This document shows, piece after piece, positions 1-12,830 of a stretch of 39,529 nt of DNA. The position numbers were made by a program, and so were the translations under genes. Position 1 is the stretch's first letter. Every line of letters starts with the position of its first letter. Source of the stretch: Bigelowiella natans CCMP2755 (Eukaryota; Protista; Cercozoa); contig ADNK01001185.1 of the NCBI GenBank assembly GCA_000320545.1, forward strand, positions 1 to 39,529. The letters are read 5' to 3'. The notes under the pieces are model-generated. The model was not told where the DNA came from. It worked only from the letters and a program-made list of their open reading frames with translations, and did not search any database.

Positions 1-22
1 CATTCCTCTCATTATATGTATG

Positions 23-24
<2 letters not shown>

Positions 25-59
<35 letters not shown>

Positions 60-89
60 TATATATTATATCCCTCCCTCTCCCTCTCT

Positions 90-125
<36 letters not shown>
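25..125. repeat. (TA)n microsatellite cluster, probably intronic
   Basis: Two long TATATA runs, followed by a pyrimidine tract and an AG at 169-170. Confidence 0.9.
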
Positions 126-127
<2 letters not shown>

Positions 128-811
128 ATAATATACGTGAATTATAATTGTATTATCTTCCTCTTCTTAGGTGATCTGGTCGAAGGCCATGATATTTCAA
201 CAGTTAAAATCGGCAAGGAACCGCATGGAGATGGCACAGGTAGGGGGGGGGGGGAGGGGAGAAGGGGGTTGCAAGCCGTTGCATTTTCCATTTATTTTTC
301 TTTGATAACGATTTAGTCATGGCTGAGTGTGTATGTGTATTTGGATCTCCTTGTATGTGTATTTGGATCTCCTCCTCTTCATCCTCTTTCTCCCGCCTCT
401 CCGTGGTTCTCCTTGCGCCATAAGATTCTGCCAGTAGTCTACGTCCAGGACATATTAGACACGATAACGTGGGGCGGCACAATATGATGATGATGATGAT
501 GATGATGATGACGAACGACTATCATGCATTTGCATAAAATTGTTTGTATCTCCACGTCAATGTACACGCGCGCGGAAGCACAAATTGAATGGGAACCGAC
601 ACTGCGCGTGAGGGAAATTCAGTCGAGAGAAGATCGATATAAGCAGGAGTGCGAGTTTGTGTTGATGGTGGAAGGGAAACACGGCAGTTTTAATGTGGAC
701 CCATCCTTTGGTGTTTTGGGGGTAAGTAACTCGGGGGCTATTGCGTGGAGAGCATGCACGCATGCGAGGAAAACCAACCAAAAATCACAAATATATGCCG
801 CTGAATTACAG

Positions 812-1466
812 GTTCATGACGACGCGACTCAAGCTAGCTCGAGAGTTTTTAGACGGGGTACGTACGTACGTACACGTACTTAGTAGTAGTACTCGTAGTC
901 GTGGCCACAAACAGCGACCTTTCGAATGCTGTTAGAGCATATTCTCTCCCCCCCCCCCCTCCTCCTTTGCATGCGTTTCAGGCCCAAGCAACATACCTCG
1001 CACGGGTGTCGGTGGAGGCGGCGGACCATAGCTCAGAAATCGAGGGGAAGATGAGCACGTTGTCCTCCGTAGCGACGATTTTCGTGCCTCTCACGACGAT
1101 AACGGGCATGTGGTAAGGAGGCTTTGATGCCTACATCTCATCATCATTTGACGAAAATCTAAGCATATATGTCTGGTTTGTTTCACTCCATCCAATTCGG
1201 TTCTCTCTTTAAACTTTCTTTTTATTTTTTCCCTCGAGAATTTCTTCGAGGCGCGCGGCGCGTCGCAAAACCGATGTTTGTGTTTTTCTGCTGCGTGACA
1301 CTGTGTGGCATGCATCAGGGGGATGAACGTAGTGGTCCCGGGACAGGTTGAGGATTTCGATCCGGACGACGCAAGAGAGTACATCCCTTTCATTCTCATC
1401 TGCAGCGGGATGGTATTTCTAACCATGGTGATCTCCATGTGTTTTCGAAAGCTCGACCTTTTCTAA
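812..1466 (+). CDS. CorA/ALR-family Mg2+ transporter, 3' exons (5' part upstream or unresolved)
   Basis: Exon 982-1112 (AQATYLARVS...KMSTLSSVATIFVPLTTITGMW) splices via GT1113..AG1318 to exon 1319-1466. This gives WGMNVVVPGQ (CorA GMN signature), a second TM helix (YIPFILICSGMVFLTMVISMCF) and TAA at 1464-1466. Exons 812-857 and 899-930 are plausible but less certain. Confidence 0.82.
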
Positions 1467-1494
1467 ATCACAAAGTTCAGTTTTCGTGCTATGT

Positions 1495-2160
1495 GCTATC
1501 TAGCTATGAGCTGTTGCTGGATTAGCCCGCATTAGGGCAGCTATTGACCCGGCCCTGCTAGCCGGATGCAACCTGCATGAGCGCGAGATCGGCATGAACG
1601 ATGGACGTCATGCTAGCATGTGAGAGAATTGCATCATGTTTGTAACCAGCTAGCCAGGTCGATCATTGCAGCGCGCATTGTCCTCTCCAGCTAGCTAGAG
1701 CTAGAGAGCTTGCTGCCCCCCGTCACATGCACGCACATTTGCATTTGGTTGCCACCACTAGACTCTAAGACTAGCTAGACCACTCTAGCACTTTAGCACT
1801 GCAGGCTAGCAGGTGCACGCATGTCTAGATGTCTAGATGTGTGCGCTCGATTGCACGATGCACATGCTGGCATGTTGGCATGTCACATGCATGAACTAGC
1901 TCCAGAGCTAGCTAGCGGATGCAATCTAGCAATGCCTCTTCGATTCACACACACAACTCTAGAACTAGCTAGACAATGCTAGAATGTCGTGCATCGTTTC
2001 GGACTCATCCAGGCAATGATTTAGAACATGCATGGCGGCTAGCTCTAGAGCTAACTAGCTTGAATAGAATTGATCAACGGACCTAGAGACCTAGAAACGC
2101 CGGTGTGGGCGCCACATCCAGACATGCTGCACACATCTAGACATGTGTGATGTAATTCTA
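1495..2160. other. CTAG/TGCA/CATG-rich low-complexity intergenic tract with context-restricted TpA
   Basis: More than 25 CTAG by eye in ~660 nt (about 3 expected at random). Most remaining TpA lie in CTA or TAG. No coding signal. Confidence 0.8.
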
Positions 2161-2398
2161 GTGAACAATGCGTATTCATTATATGTTTTTAGAAAGTACA
2201 ATGGGATGTTTGGGATGTTTTTGGTGCACTCAACAGACCAACAATACGTTTCACCAGATGTGCAAAAAGAGTTATTACAAGCTCTCGTCATTGGATCACA
2301 TGATTAATATGAGTTCTGTTAAGCGACACGGGATCGCAATGAAGGGAAGTATTGTTGTTTAAACAAATAATTTTTCAGCTAGATTTCACATTTAAGCT

Positions 2399-3354
2399 CT
2401 AAAACATGTCCTCCGCTCGGCGACTTTGGAGAGATTCTTGTATGGTCAAATGCTGTGATTGAATGTTGTTCGCATCATCCACCTGAGCAATCCCACAAGG
2501 TGTCGGAAGCGCAGAGAGATAGCCTCCTGGTAGGCCTAGAGGTAATGCAAACTCACAAGTTGTGTAGCCAGAAATCAAAGTCGGGAAGGAAGAGAGGAGA
2601 ATCAAATCTTCCTCAGAAATCGTCTTCCCCTCCAGAGGTTCGATTCGGATTTGTACTCGCTCATCCGGGATGCAAGGACAGATCATTCTATCAGTGTAGA
2701 TTACTTTAGCATACACTGTTTCATCGTTCAAATCGTTTCCGTATACGTTTTGCTCATACTTGGTGTATTGGGTATCAGTGCAGCAGAATCGTACGCAGCG
2801 AAAGCATGGAGAGCAAAATGCGAGACATACGCAGAGGTACTGGCAGCATTTGATATGAGACTTCAGCATGTACTTAATGTCACCATCGGTACCAACGAAC
2901 TTAGCCTGCATTTTCGGTCCAGTGTAGCAGCAAGGACAGAAGACCGCAGTGCAATTTTGATCGAAACATCCTGCTGGCTGCAAGGTTCCAACGACCTTAG
3001 GTTTCTTGCCAGCCTTTTCGAAAAGGTAAACAAATTTGTAGAAAATCCAGATGTGACGAAAAGGTATGTAAATTTATAGAAATTCCAATTTGACGAGAAA
3101 TTTTGAATTACCCCTGGTTCGAGTGAAGATGCTTCAAATGGACAGCAACACGGAAGACAGCAGCACTTGTGGGTGAGAACGATGCTTTTGTCCTTCCCGG
3201 AGAATTTCACATATGGACAACAGCAAGTGGAAAGATCGCACCAATCCCCACAAGATTTCACCTCCTTGAAGAATTTGTCATTTCCAACGAAGATGTTAGG
3301 TTCAAGGTTAAATGTAACTTCCGGAGATACAACAGAGTGCTTCAGCTCTGCCAT
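2399..3354 (-). CDS. Cys-rich protein, tentatively phospholipid scramblase/tubby-C-like (285 aa, 2 exons)
   Basis: Exons 3354-3112 and 3013-2399 join in frame through a 98-nt GT-AG intron (3111-3014): ...CCCLPCCCPFEASSLEPG|AGKKPKVVGTLQPAGCF... Clustered CC/CCC motifs and beta-rich segments resemble scramblases. The family call is tentative. Confidence 0.62.
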
Positions 3355-3522
3355 TGCAAAGTACAGATCACTTGTAAACTAAAATTCAGAAAAACAAACT
3401 TAGAAGTTCTAGAAGTAAACCTTTGCCATCTTCAGCGCCTCCACTTGGGACACGCACAGTGAAATATTGTCCTAAAAGCAAAAAGCAACGCGTAAGAGTC
3501 TTACTTTCGTTGTTGAAAGGCA

Positions 3523-3559
<37 letters not shown>

Positions 3560-4392
3560 GCATGTACACACATGAACACCTGGGTGCAGATGCTCTGGAA
3601 TTTGAACCTTAAATTTCTTTCCTGCAGCCGAGGCCTTAGATCAAAGTAACGGGATAAAAAAAATGTTGTTCGGATAAAGATTTTCAAGAAGCGTATGACC
3701 TCAATGATCATTCCCCCTTTCGCCCATCCTGAACGCAACAGCCGTCAGCAACGAAACTTCATTTTGTACTCATCAAAAGAAAAGGAGACCTGGGACACGT
3801 AGACTCACGCGGGTGTACTTCGTTGCCATTTTGATGATGGATTGTGGGGAACCTTTTGCTCTGATGCCCAGATTTTTAGCAGCTTTCTTGAGATACGATT
3901 GAAGGAATTTTCATCGGTTTTCGAGACAAAGACATCCCATTCTGGTTGTCTTTGGCAGAAAATGATGGTCATTCAGGACGATTTCGGACGTAGTTCGCTC
4001 CAGATATTTCGCAATTGGGATGGGGTTGTCATCTGTTTGTGCATCAAGTTGGATATCTCCGAACCGAGTGCCGCTGTCGTTCTCAAGCCCGCAAAGGCGC
4101 AATGATCGTGCAAGCAAAAGAAAACGCTGAGTATTTGGTCTGTGCGACTGGGCCAAATCCCCGTGAAGAATTAACATCCACTGACCTTTCAGCTGTCTTA
4201 TGCGAAAGTTTGATCTGAATCCTTCTCTGCGGCACAAAGTGGGTACTAATTCAACACATTTTTTCCCAATTGTGATGGAAATAAAACAACAAAAATTCGG
4301 CGCTCACGGGAAATGTTGTCGCTGCTGTCCGAACACAGCAAATGAGGGACAGCTGGAAAGGCTTCATCGAGCGAAAGCATCGCCAATCATTA

Positions 4393-5242
4393 TTGATTCA
4401 TCATCAATTCGTTCGTTGTCAACACTGTCATCATTCAGTCGCATTGGAGCTGGACGACTTTTCAAAATCTCAGCTCAAAAAATGGACCTCCTTGAATTTC
4501 ATTTCCTTCCAAAGTGGCCACAATTTCCAGGCTTTTCAACTTCCCATTCAGTGGTTTCTGGTGGTTGCCAGCGAGTTGTCGCACAACCGTCATCGCTTTC
4601 GCTCGTCGCGAGCTGCAACCTTCACGTGCTTTTTGAGACTCGACAGGAAAAACCAATCACACCAGCTAGCCAGGTTGATCCGAAAGCAGGCTCAAAGTTC
4701 ACCTGATTCTGCACGTCACAAGCCAGCAAGCACACGTGCTGGTCCAGTGGTCTTGGGGAACTGCACACGTTCGATCGCCAACCACCAAGCACGCAAGCAC
4801 AATTTTCAACCAACGATTTGTGCACAAGTGCACGTTCCGCACCGTGGCACAGCAAATCATCACAGTGATGGTGCATTTTGCCACAAGCAGTCTGGCAATG
4901 GACGCGCGACTCAGAACGACGTTCGCCAGTTCGACAGTCCGCATCAAAGTCAATGGATTGGCCAGCTCGCACGAACTCGCGGCGCAATGATGCCATGACA
5001 AAAGAAATCATCGCATGGATCGATCGTTGTTGACATCGCATTTCCGCTAGCTGATCAGCCGACAACATCGCGCACCACATCGACAGCTCGCAGGCTGTCT
5101 CCAGCTCATCAGGATGCATGCACACGCATGCGATTGTTCACATGCATGCAAGATGCACATGCACTCCAGCAAAATGCCAACAGAAGAATTCATTTTTGTT
5201 TTTGCATTGCAAGATGACCACAATTTCCAATCAAGCCAAGGC
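4393..5242. other. TpA-free intergenic tract
   Basis: Only 2 TpA in ~850 nt, both in CTAG (~4666, ~5047). CpG is abundant and the long overlapping ORFs are almost free of Tyr. Confidence 0.85.
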
Positions 5243-5257
5243 TAAAGATTGACAGAG

Positions 5258-6139
5258 TTACTTGTGGCGTTGGGAATGCTTCAACGATGCAATGCTAGCC
5301 GATAAGAAAGCATACTCAGATGCAGCGTCCTCCAATGCCTGCACAAATTGAATTTAAATGGGTCTCTGTCATAAGATTTACGAAACATGTTAATCAGATG
5401 CAAGCCACTCATCATCAGGAACCTCATCACCAATTTCATCACCGTCGTCACTACACCACCAACATTATCAATTCATGGATACTCAAAGTCGTGTCTTAGA
5501 TACGCGACGGACCCTCTCCTTCCCACACCCCATTAACCCCCATGGATCCCACCTCGGAATCGCCACCACGGCCGAAGTGTCCAGTCCCTACATCTACTCG
5601 ACATGCAAAAATATTTCTCGAGGGAGAAGCTGCGGAAGAAGACTGACCGGCACCGTATTGCATATTACGGCCTCCACCGCTGTCAAGCCGCCTAAGTTTT
5701 GCAAGGTATTTAAGGGGCTGCCAGTATGGAACGCGTGGATCTTCCATTCCGGCACTGAGCAGCACCCAAGGAAACGAAGACGACGAAGGCGAGGAGGACT
5801 GCTGGGTGTCTCCACAAGCCAGGTTCTGTTGGGGGCTATAAGCCGCAATCTGGGAAAAGACCTCAGGATGTTGCACCGGGTCGCCCCATTCCAGGTACTC
5901 CTGGCGGGAGAGAGGAGCCTCTTCATCAAGAAGTGACGAGAGGGGGTCCAAGAAGCCATAGCGAATCAATGCGGCGCGGAACATGGAGGGCTGCATATTG
6001 ATACTCGCTCCTACCTGTCAGGGTTGGGAATGTGGCATGGGATGCGTGTGTGAGGGGGGAAGGGCAATTTGAATATGCCTCACTCATATTGCATACCACG
6101 CACACACGCACACACACACACACACACACTCACACATAA

Positions 6140-6179
<40 letters not shown>

Positions 6180-7069
6180 GCACACGCACCTATCACTAAT
6201 ATCATAAGATTTATTTGACACCCTCCTTCTTCCCACTCCCTGCCTTGTATTATGCGGAGAATTCAAGATATGTGACAGATACAAAAGAATCGTCAGCCAA
6301 CCAGCAGTCCTCCGGCGCTCGCTCCCTCCAAGCAGAGCATATCTGGGTGCGAGATGTCTTTCAGCATAAATTTTCCGCACGCAATCATGTCTGAGAATGA
6401 ATTCTCCTTCGCTGTTGTGCTGCCTTTTTTGGGACAATGGGACAGCGGGAAGGGGAGAGGGGTTTGAAGTTTTTCCATCAGAATTCGTGAGCATTAGACT
6501 CTCAGAATTTGGGATAGAATCACACCTTCTTTGTGCCATGACCGGCCTAGCTCCCCCCCCCCTCGCACGTGCGCTGATGCAATAACCCAGCCCCTCCTGC
6601 CAACGAGCATGCGAATTAAAACGGTGGAAGTGCGCACGCGAGAGAGAGGAGAGAGAGAGAGAGAGAGATAGAGAGAGCACCGGAGGAGAGGAAAGAATGT
6701 CCGATTCCACTCAAGGTCAACCGAGAGACCGTATGCTCCGTACCTGAGGTGCACGCACGCATTGGCGTTGAAATCATAGCAGCCGCAGCTGTGTGCAAGT
6801 GTTATCATATACACTTTTTCATTTAATGTACCCGCGCAGCAGCACAGGACGGTGTCTTCCAAGCAGCTCACAGCGATCCCCATCGATGGCCGAGGCATAT
6901 AGGAGAGTGAGAGGAATCTGCACGCAGCACAATCATCCGAGGGACCAATCATCGCTGTGCTTTAGTTTCGACTCGATGTTTCGTAACACCCGATAAGCGT
7001 ACGATTAGTGGAAATAGTCCTCATCGCAATACATATTCAATTATAGGTACACATACACACACACATATT

Positions 7070-7124
<55 letters not shown>

Positions 7125-7125
7125 G

Positions 7126-7222
<97 letters not shown>

Positions 7223-7240
7223 GGGAGAGAGAGAGTAGCC

Positions 7241-7275
<35 letters not shown>

Positions 7276-8516
7276 CACATATGTTATGATAGTGAAGGGC
7301 ATATTTCAAAGTAAGGTACTACATCACGCTATTTCGCAGCTTTCAATACTATTTGAGGCCATAACTACCCCATAACTATTACCTGCACATTGCGGTCTAA
7401 AGAACCGGCATCATTGCTCTGCACGCGTACCCGTGTCTGTACTAGCCGCATGGTTGTGCTTGGCCCCTCTTCCCTCATCTCCGCATCCGAACCACGCGGA
7501 GCAACGATCGAAGTGAGAACGTCGTGGCCACCAATGGATCTTGCCTCCGCCCCCTATTACATTAACCCTGCCTCTTATTTCCATGAAGCATACTCTCTTG
7601 ACGCAAACCCACGCAAACGATGACCACAAAACCCCCCCCCCCCCCCCCCCCCCTCTCTGTGCTTCCCACCTCTCTACAGTTGTCTTCGACTCCCTCTTTG
7701 AATTCTTGCACAAGAGGCCCCCAGTCCATCGCCGCGGCAGCACTGTCTAAGGAAGGACGCAGTTTCGAGTGTGTCCCCCCGTGCGAGAGAGATGACGGCG
7801 GAGATGATGAGAGCGAGAATGATGCGGCGGCTGCTGCTGTTGCAGGGGCATGAATGCAATGCCGTTTCCCTTTATGAGTGTGCTGGTACAAGCGCATTGT
7901 CCCGAATTCATACTCGAGCTCAACGCTCGGAGAGACGCTGCATCCCCACGAGAACCGCACGCTGTTTGCACTAAAATCCTACACCCAACAAGCAGCAGCA
8001 GCAGTGCATCAGAATGGTGAAAGACGATCTTTCTCCTCTTCATACCCAAAAACTATCTTCCCTTAGTTGAATAAGGCCCAAAGCCTCACTATTCATGCAA
8101 ACAGTAGCAGCACCGCTTCGTTTCTCCTTATCCTCATCCCCCCCCTCTCCCACCCCCCCTCCCCCTCCTCCTCCTCTACCTTGTTGATTCCCGGAGTCAC
8201 CGAGCCATAACGACTAGGGAGCGGCACAAGATCTACCTTCTCACAAGTGATGGCACTCCTATCACCGTCGTTACTGCAAAGGGCGCTGAGACTAACGACG
8301 CGAACTTGATGGCAGCCACCACCAACCCGCTCATACAGTACCAGGTGACTTTCAAAAAGGTCCATTTCTTCGAGGAAAACAGTCTCGTAGGGTCCCTCCC
8401 CCTTGCCCGCCCTTTTCAGATTCCCCTCCGGAAAGCGCAACGGTTTCCACGAGAGATCCAAAGGAAGGGGGGGGCGCGAAGTGCATGCGCCCTGCGTCCT
8501 TGCAATGAAGGATGCC

Positions 8517-8552
<36 letters not shown>

Positions 8553-8821
8553 GATGATGAAGCTGCAGGAGAGATTGAGTGTTGCTCCTCCTATCCGTGA
8601 AATATTCCGAAATAAGAGAAATTTACGTAAACATGCACGGACAACGCATTCACTTTCATCCCCCATCCCCGCTCGCTACCTCTTTGTCTCCAGGCATAGA
8701 AACGTGGGGAGGGAGATGAGCTCGAATGATGCCGAAATCAAGGCCATTGCCCTCATTTGTGCCTTGGAATATGAAGCGATGGAGAAGATAACAATCAGAT
8801 CTACAAGTTATGTCACTACTA

Positions 8822-8861
<40 letters not shown>

Positions 8862-8998
8862 CCACACACAAACGCACACATTTGAACATGCAACCCTTTC
8901 TCTCTCCTTTTCTCTCTTTATCTATAATATGTAATATATGTATGTATATGTATTCATAAGTGTGCATGTGTGTGTGCATGTGTGTGCATGTGCATGTG

Positions 8999-9072
<74 letters not shown>

Positions 9073-9765
9073 TTGGAGAGAGAAAAAGGTAAGATCTTAA
9101 AATGGTAGTATAATGCTGAAAGAGAAGGAGAAATCCTTACTGATGTATAGATATCCATTTGCATGCTCGGCGAAGTCAATAATGCCTTCTTTCCTCTCCC
9201 TAAGGGGAACGCACTCAAACCCCCCTCCCCCCCCCCTGCTTCTCCGTTTCCCCGTCGGCAGCACCAAGAAGACTTGTGTGGTAGTGAAGGAGATAGACGT
9301 CACCAGCACGTATTTCTGGTCCTTCGTCGCCTTAACGTCGATCCAAGCATGAGGGTTGTCTTCAAATAAAAGTACATCTCCTTCCTCTGTACCGCTGTCG
9401 CGGTGAGAATGTTTGCTCTCCCCTCCCGCTTCTTCCTCCTCCGGCAGTATACGCCTGTTGTTGTTGCTGCTGGTGTTGTTGTTGTTGTTGTTTTTGGGTT
9501 TTTTTTGTTCCTTTTCTCTCCACTACATATCCGTTATTGGCAGCAGGCATGCTCATGTGTGCGTGTGTGCGTGCGTGCGGTTACGCTTGCGTTGTCCCCT
9601 CTCTGATCACAAAGATAAATCGATGCACGCTCATCTACATACCACTAAGTGCTGGTGGGGGACTCTACCGCTCAATAAGGGTGTGTTTAGTATCATTATC
9701 TCGCAATATCCGAGAAGGCAATAGCCATTTCAATCTCTCACTCTCTCTCTCTCTCTCTCTCTCGC

Positions 9766-9799
<34 letters not shown>

Positions 9800-9907
9800 A
9801 TTTCAGGACTCATGCTTCCCTATTTTCATCAAACCTTATACGTGCAACGTTAGGTCGCAGGGACTGGTGGGCCCTTCTTCTGTCTCATGGTTTTCTTCTT
9901 TAACATC

Positions 9908-9939
<32 letters not shown>

Positions 9940-10257
9940 TGTCGCGACTCTCGCCAGCTTGCAGTGTTAGAGGGAGAGGAATATAAATATTCATCAATTA
10001 TTGCGTGCATGTACAAACACAGATGGGTGACACAGATCCGAAATGAAATGTGATTGATGATTCACTGTTGTTTTCATTTATTATCATTATTGTTATTATC
10101 GCTATTATCATTATTATCAAAGGTTGTTTCTCCCTTGTGCTGTTGTCGTTTCAGCTAAAGGAGAGACCGAACTCTCACTTCGACAAGGACAGAATCTCTA
10201 TGTTATGAATAATCTCGTCTGTGCAACGAGTTGCTAGTATAACCATACGTGCTTCTA

Positions 10258-10331
<74 letters not shown>

Positions 10332-10534
10332 TATATAAACAATTGAAAGCTCTTGAAAATTCTTGAATATATTACTTGTCTGCGCGAAAACAAGGCGGTC
10401 GTTCCCAAGCCAATCGAAGGATGTTACGTGAAGGGCCACGATTCTCCCCCCCTTTTCATCCCTCTCATGGTAGGGTTGGGCACAGTCGATAAGGTATAGG
10501 GAGTAGGATTCGTCACCTATGCATATTTACGCAT

Positions 10535-10572
<38 letters not shown>

Positions 10573-11669
10573 CTCAAATGAATGTTATAAATATAATGTG
10601 TGAGCGTGCGTGTGTGTGTGTGTGCGCGCGCGCGCGTGCTGTCGGGAAACAGCTTCTGACCTCTCGTGTCCATGAGGAACGCTACGTATCGACCGTTTGG
10701 AGAGGCTTTCACATCACCAATCTGGGTGAACCTAGTCGATGTGAGTTTGCGATTGGTGCTCATAAGAGGGAGGGAGGGAGGGAGGGAGGGAGGGAGGGAC
10801 TCTAATATCGACTCAGCTATGGCAGACCTAGCACATTTTCTAGTGTTGGTGAAATAGGAGAAGCTGGTTTTTTATCCTTATCATTTCTATCGGCCCTTCA
10901 ATTTTTTCTTTATAATTGGAAAGTTACCTACCTATACTGGGTTGCGAGCCTGTTTTGATCAATTAGAACCTCCTCGTGCTCCTCACCCGCGCGCATCCGC
11001 GTGTACACGGGAAGAGGCCGGTCCGTGTGCATAAAGTACGAATATCTAACACAATCAACATTAGACTCTAGGCTTCTAGGCCTTCGAGGATCGACTTGAT
11101 CCTCCATCATATGTGTTACAGAAAAGGGGGGGGGGGGTGGCGGGGATGAGACAAGCATACATGAAATCTACCCTGCTGCTTGAGTACTCGGAAGTGGGAC
11201 ATCGGCCGATGGAACAGCAGCTGCCATTTCCCTCTTAAAGGTGTCAATATCTGTCCGAAGTTCTCTGCTTATCATTTGCCAATATCGATTCTCCGCGCGC
11301 ATGTACCTTCAGGAAAGGAGGCAATAATATTTTGCAAAAGTCAGATGACTGCGTCCCGTCCTTTGCAACAATCGTGATTCATGGCGTTCCACGCCAACCC
11401 ATGCTCCCACTCAACCCCAAAATCAAGTCTCACATCATGGCTTCGAAGTGTGAGGGGTCCTCCAGCCACTTCAAGTCATCCTTCAACGTCGTGCCGTGCA
11501 CTTTCATCTTGAATGCCTCAGCTTCTTCGGGGGCATAGATTTCCGGATCAGGGGGTGGGGGGAGCCGGTTGGGAGCAAAGGTACTGCTCGCCCTGATACC
11601 GCAGGGAGCTCTCCGCAGGAGCGCCCGGAGCTGGTCTAGACTGACCACCCGGGTCGCCCTTGACGCCAT
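5258..11669 (-). CDS. opdB: Oligopeptidase B / protease II (prolyl oligopeptidase family S9A), multi-exon
   Basis: Ordered minus-strand exon motifs: [61 protein letters not shown], catalytic Ser GASAGG (~6310-6330), [11 protein letters not shown], catalytic Asp in [18 protein letters not shown], catalytic His in GHFG, last exon [15 protein letters not shown](5260-5258). The start ATG at 11669 is uncertain. The Arg/Ala/Ser-rich N-terminus resembles a transit peptide. Confidence 0.92.
7073..7272. repeat. Compound (TA)n-(GA)n-(TA)n intronic microsatellite
   Basis: Seen directly, inside an opdB intron. Representative of many similar arrays in this gene (e.g. 6100-6178, 8517-8550, 8823-9068, 9735-9798, 10259-10320, 10538-10637). 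Confidence 0.95.
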
Positions 11670-11888
11670 TCTACCGGGTGGTGGAGTGGTGGTTCTTGTC
11701 CTTCCGAGGCAATCCGTTTTCACACCTGCGACAAGCGAGGAACATCTCATTGCGACATGTAATGAATGTTGTCGCAGGTGTGAAATGCCAATCATTTCGA
11801 TGCCAGTACTTCGGAGGAGATGGGCGAAGCAGGCCGAGCGTCGTGCACGCACGTGGACCTGTGCTCGCGCTTTGCTCCTGCAGACTGG

Positions 11889-12204
11889 ATGAGCTTCCAC
11901 CCTCCGGATGCGTCAGAGCTCGACGAGGATGTGATTGTCCGAATCATGGCCGCGGGCTTCGGTCGAAAGCAGGCGGAGCACGCCTTTGCTAGCTTTGGAC
12001 TGGCGATGAGACGTGCGCGCATGCGTGGAGGACTTGCTGGCTTGCGAGGGAGGAGGAATTGTTTCAGGCAGCGATCCGGTTCTCACCTCAACCAGCTCAC
12101 TGCTGCACTTCTGAGTTCATGACATCACAGGTCACCATGCGTTCATTGTTGAATTGTCCTTCTGAGGATGCGCAATGACGTGCCCTGGTGCCTTGCGAGC
12201 CGCT

Positions 12205-12263
<59 letters not shown>

Positions 12264-12830
12264 CTTTCTCCACCCGACCCAGTCTTTCATTGAGCTCATG
12301 AAAAAAAACGTTCCTGACCTCGCACTGAAAATCAAGTTGAAGGTGATGCAATCATCCATGGCCCATGCCAGCACGAGGCCGTGTGGCGCACTTGACCACA
12401 CGTGCCAGCGTGTCTCAGGGAACACGTGTGCTTTTGACCCGGCACGCTCTGCAGCCCATGAGGCCATGTGATCAGAGGAGACGAAAACCAGGGAAATTGG
12501 AAGACATCGAAGCCGACTTGCGAACAAGAGTTTGTGTCCACTCCATCAACGACGAGCTTGACTCGCTTCACGACAAGCACCACCGGCACTTCTCGCACTC
12601 AGCCCCAGCAAACGCCACAAAGAGGCCTCAGGATCACGCAAACGACCTCGATGTCAATGGAACGACAGTCTTGGTGTGGGCTTCGTTTCACAACAGGCTT
12701 TTTGTGGCACAGGTGGTGCCAATGGAGGGTGCACACATCGATGCCAAAGATCAGACCAGGAAGACAGCTGTTGATTGGGCGAAGGAACGTGGCGCGGAGG
12801 TGCTTGCTCTCCACCTCAGGTCCACTTCCG
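11889..12830 (+). pseudogene. Decayed gene with UBA-like and ankyrin-repeat segments
   Basis: LDEDVIVRIMAAGFGRKQAEHAFASFG fits the UBA pattern. DVNGTTVLVWASFHNRLFVAQVVPMEGAHIDAKDQTRKTAVDWAKERG (~12650-12795) fits ankyrin repeats. An intron-like (CT)n tract with AG and GT sites lies between them. Consensus positions are disrupted and Tyr is absent. Confidence 0.6.

Noticed and set aside
3472-4240. Short ORFs between the scramblase-like gene and the first desert
   Set aside because: No motif or consistent splice chain found; a small gene cannot be excluded.
4200-5125. Overlapping 100-218 aa ORFs
   Set aside because: Same stop-codon depletion effect; no recognisable domain.
6084-10763. ORFs with poly-CV, YI, SL, ER, HT or M runs
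   Set aside because: Translations of intronic microsatellites.
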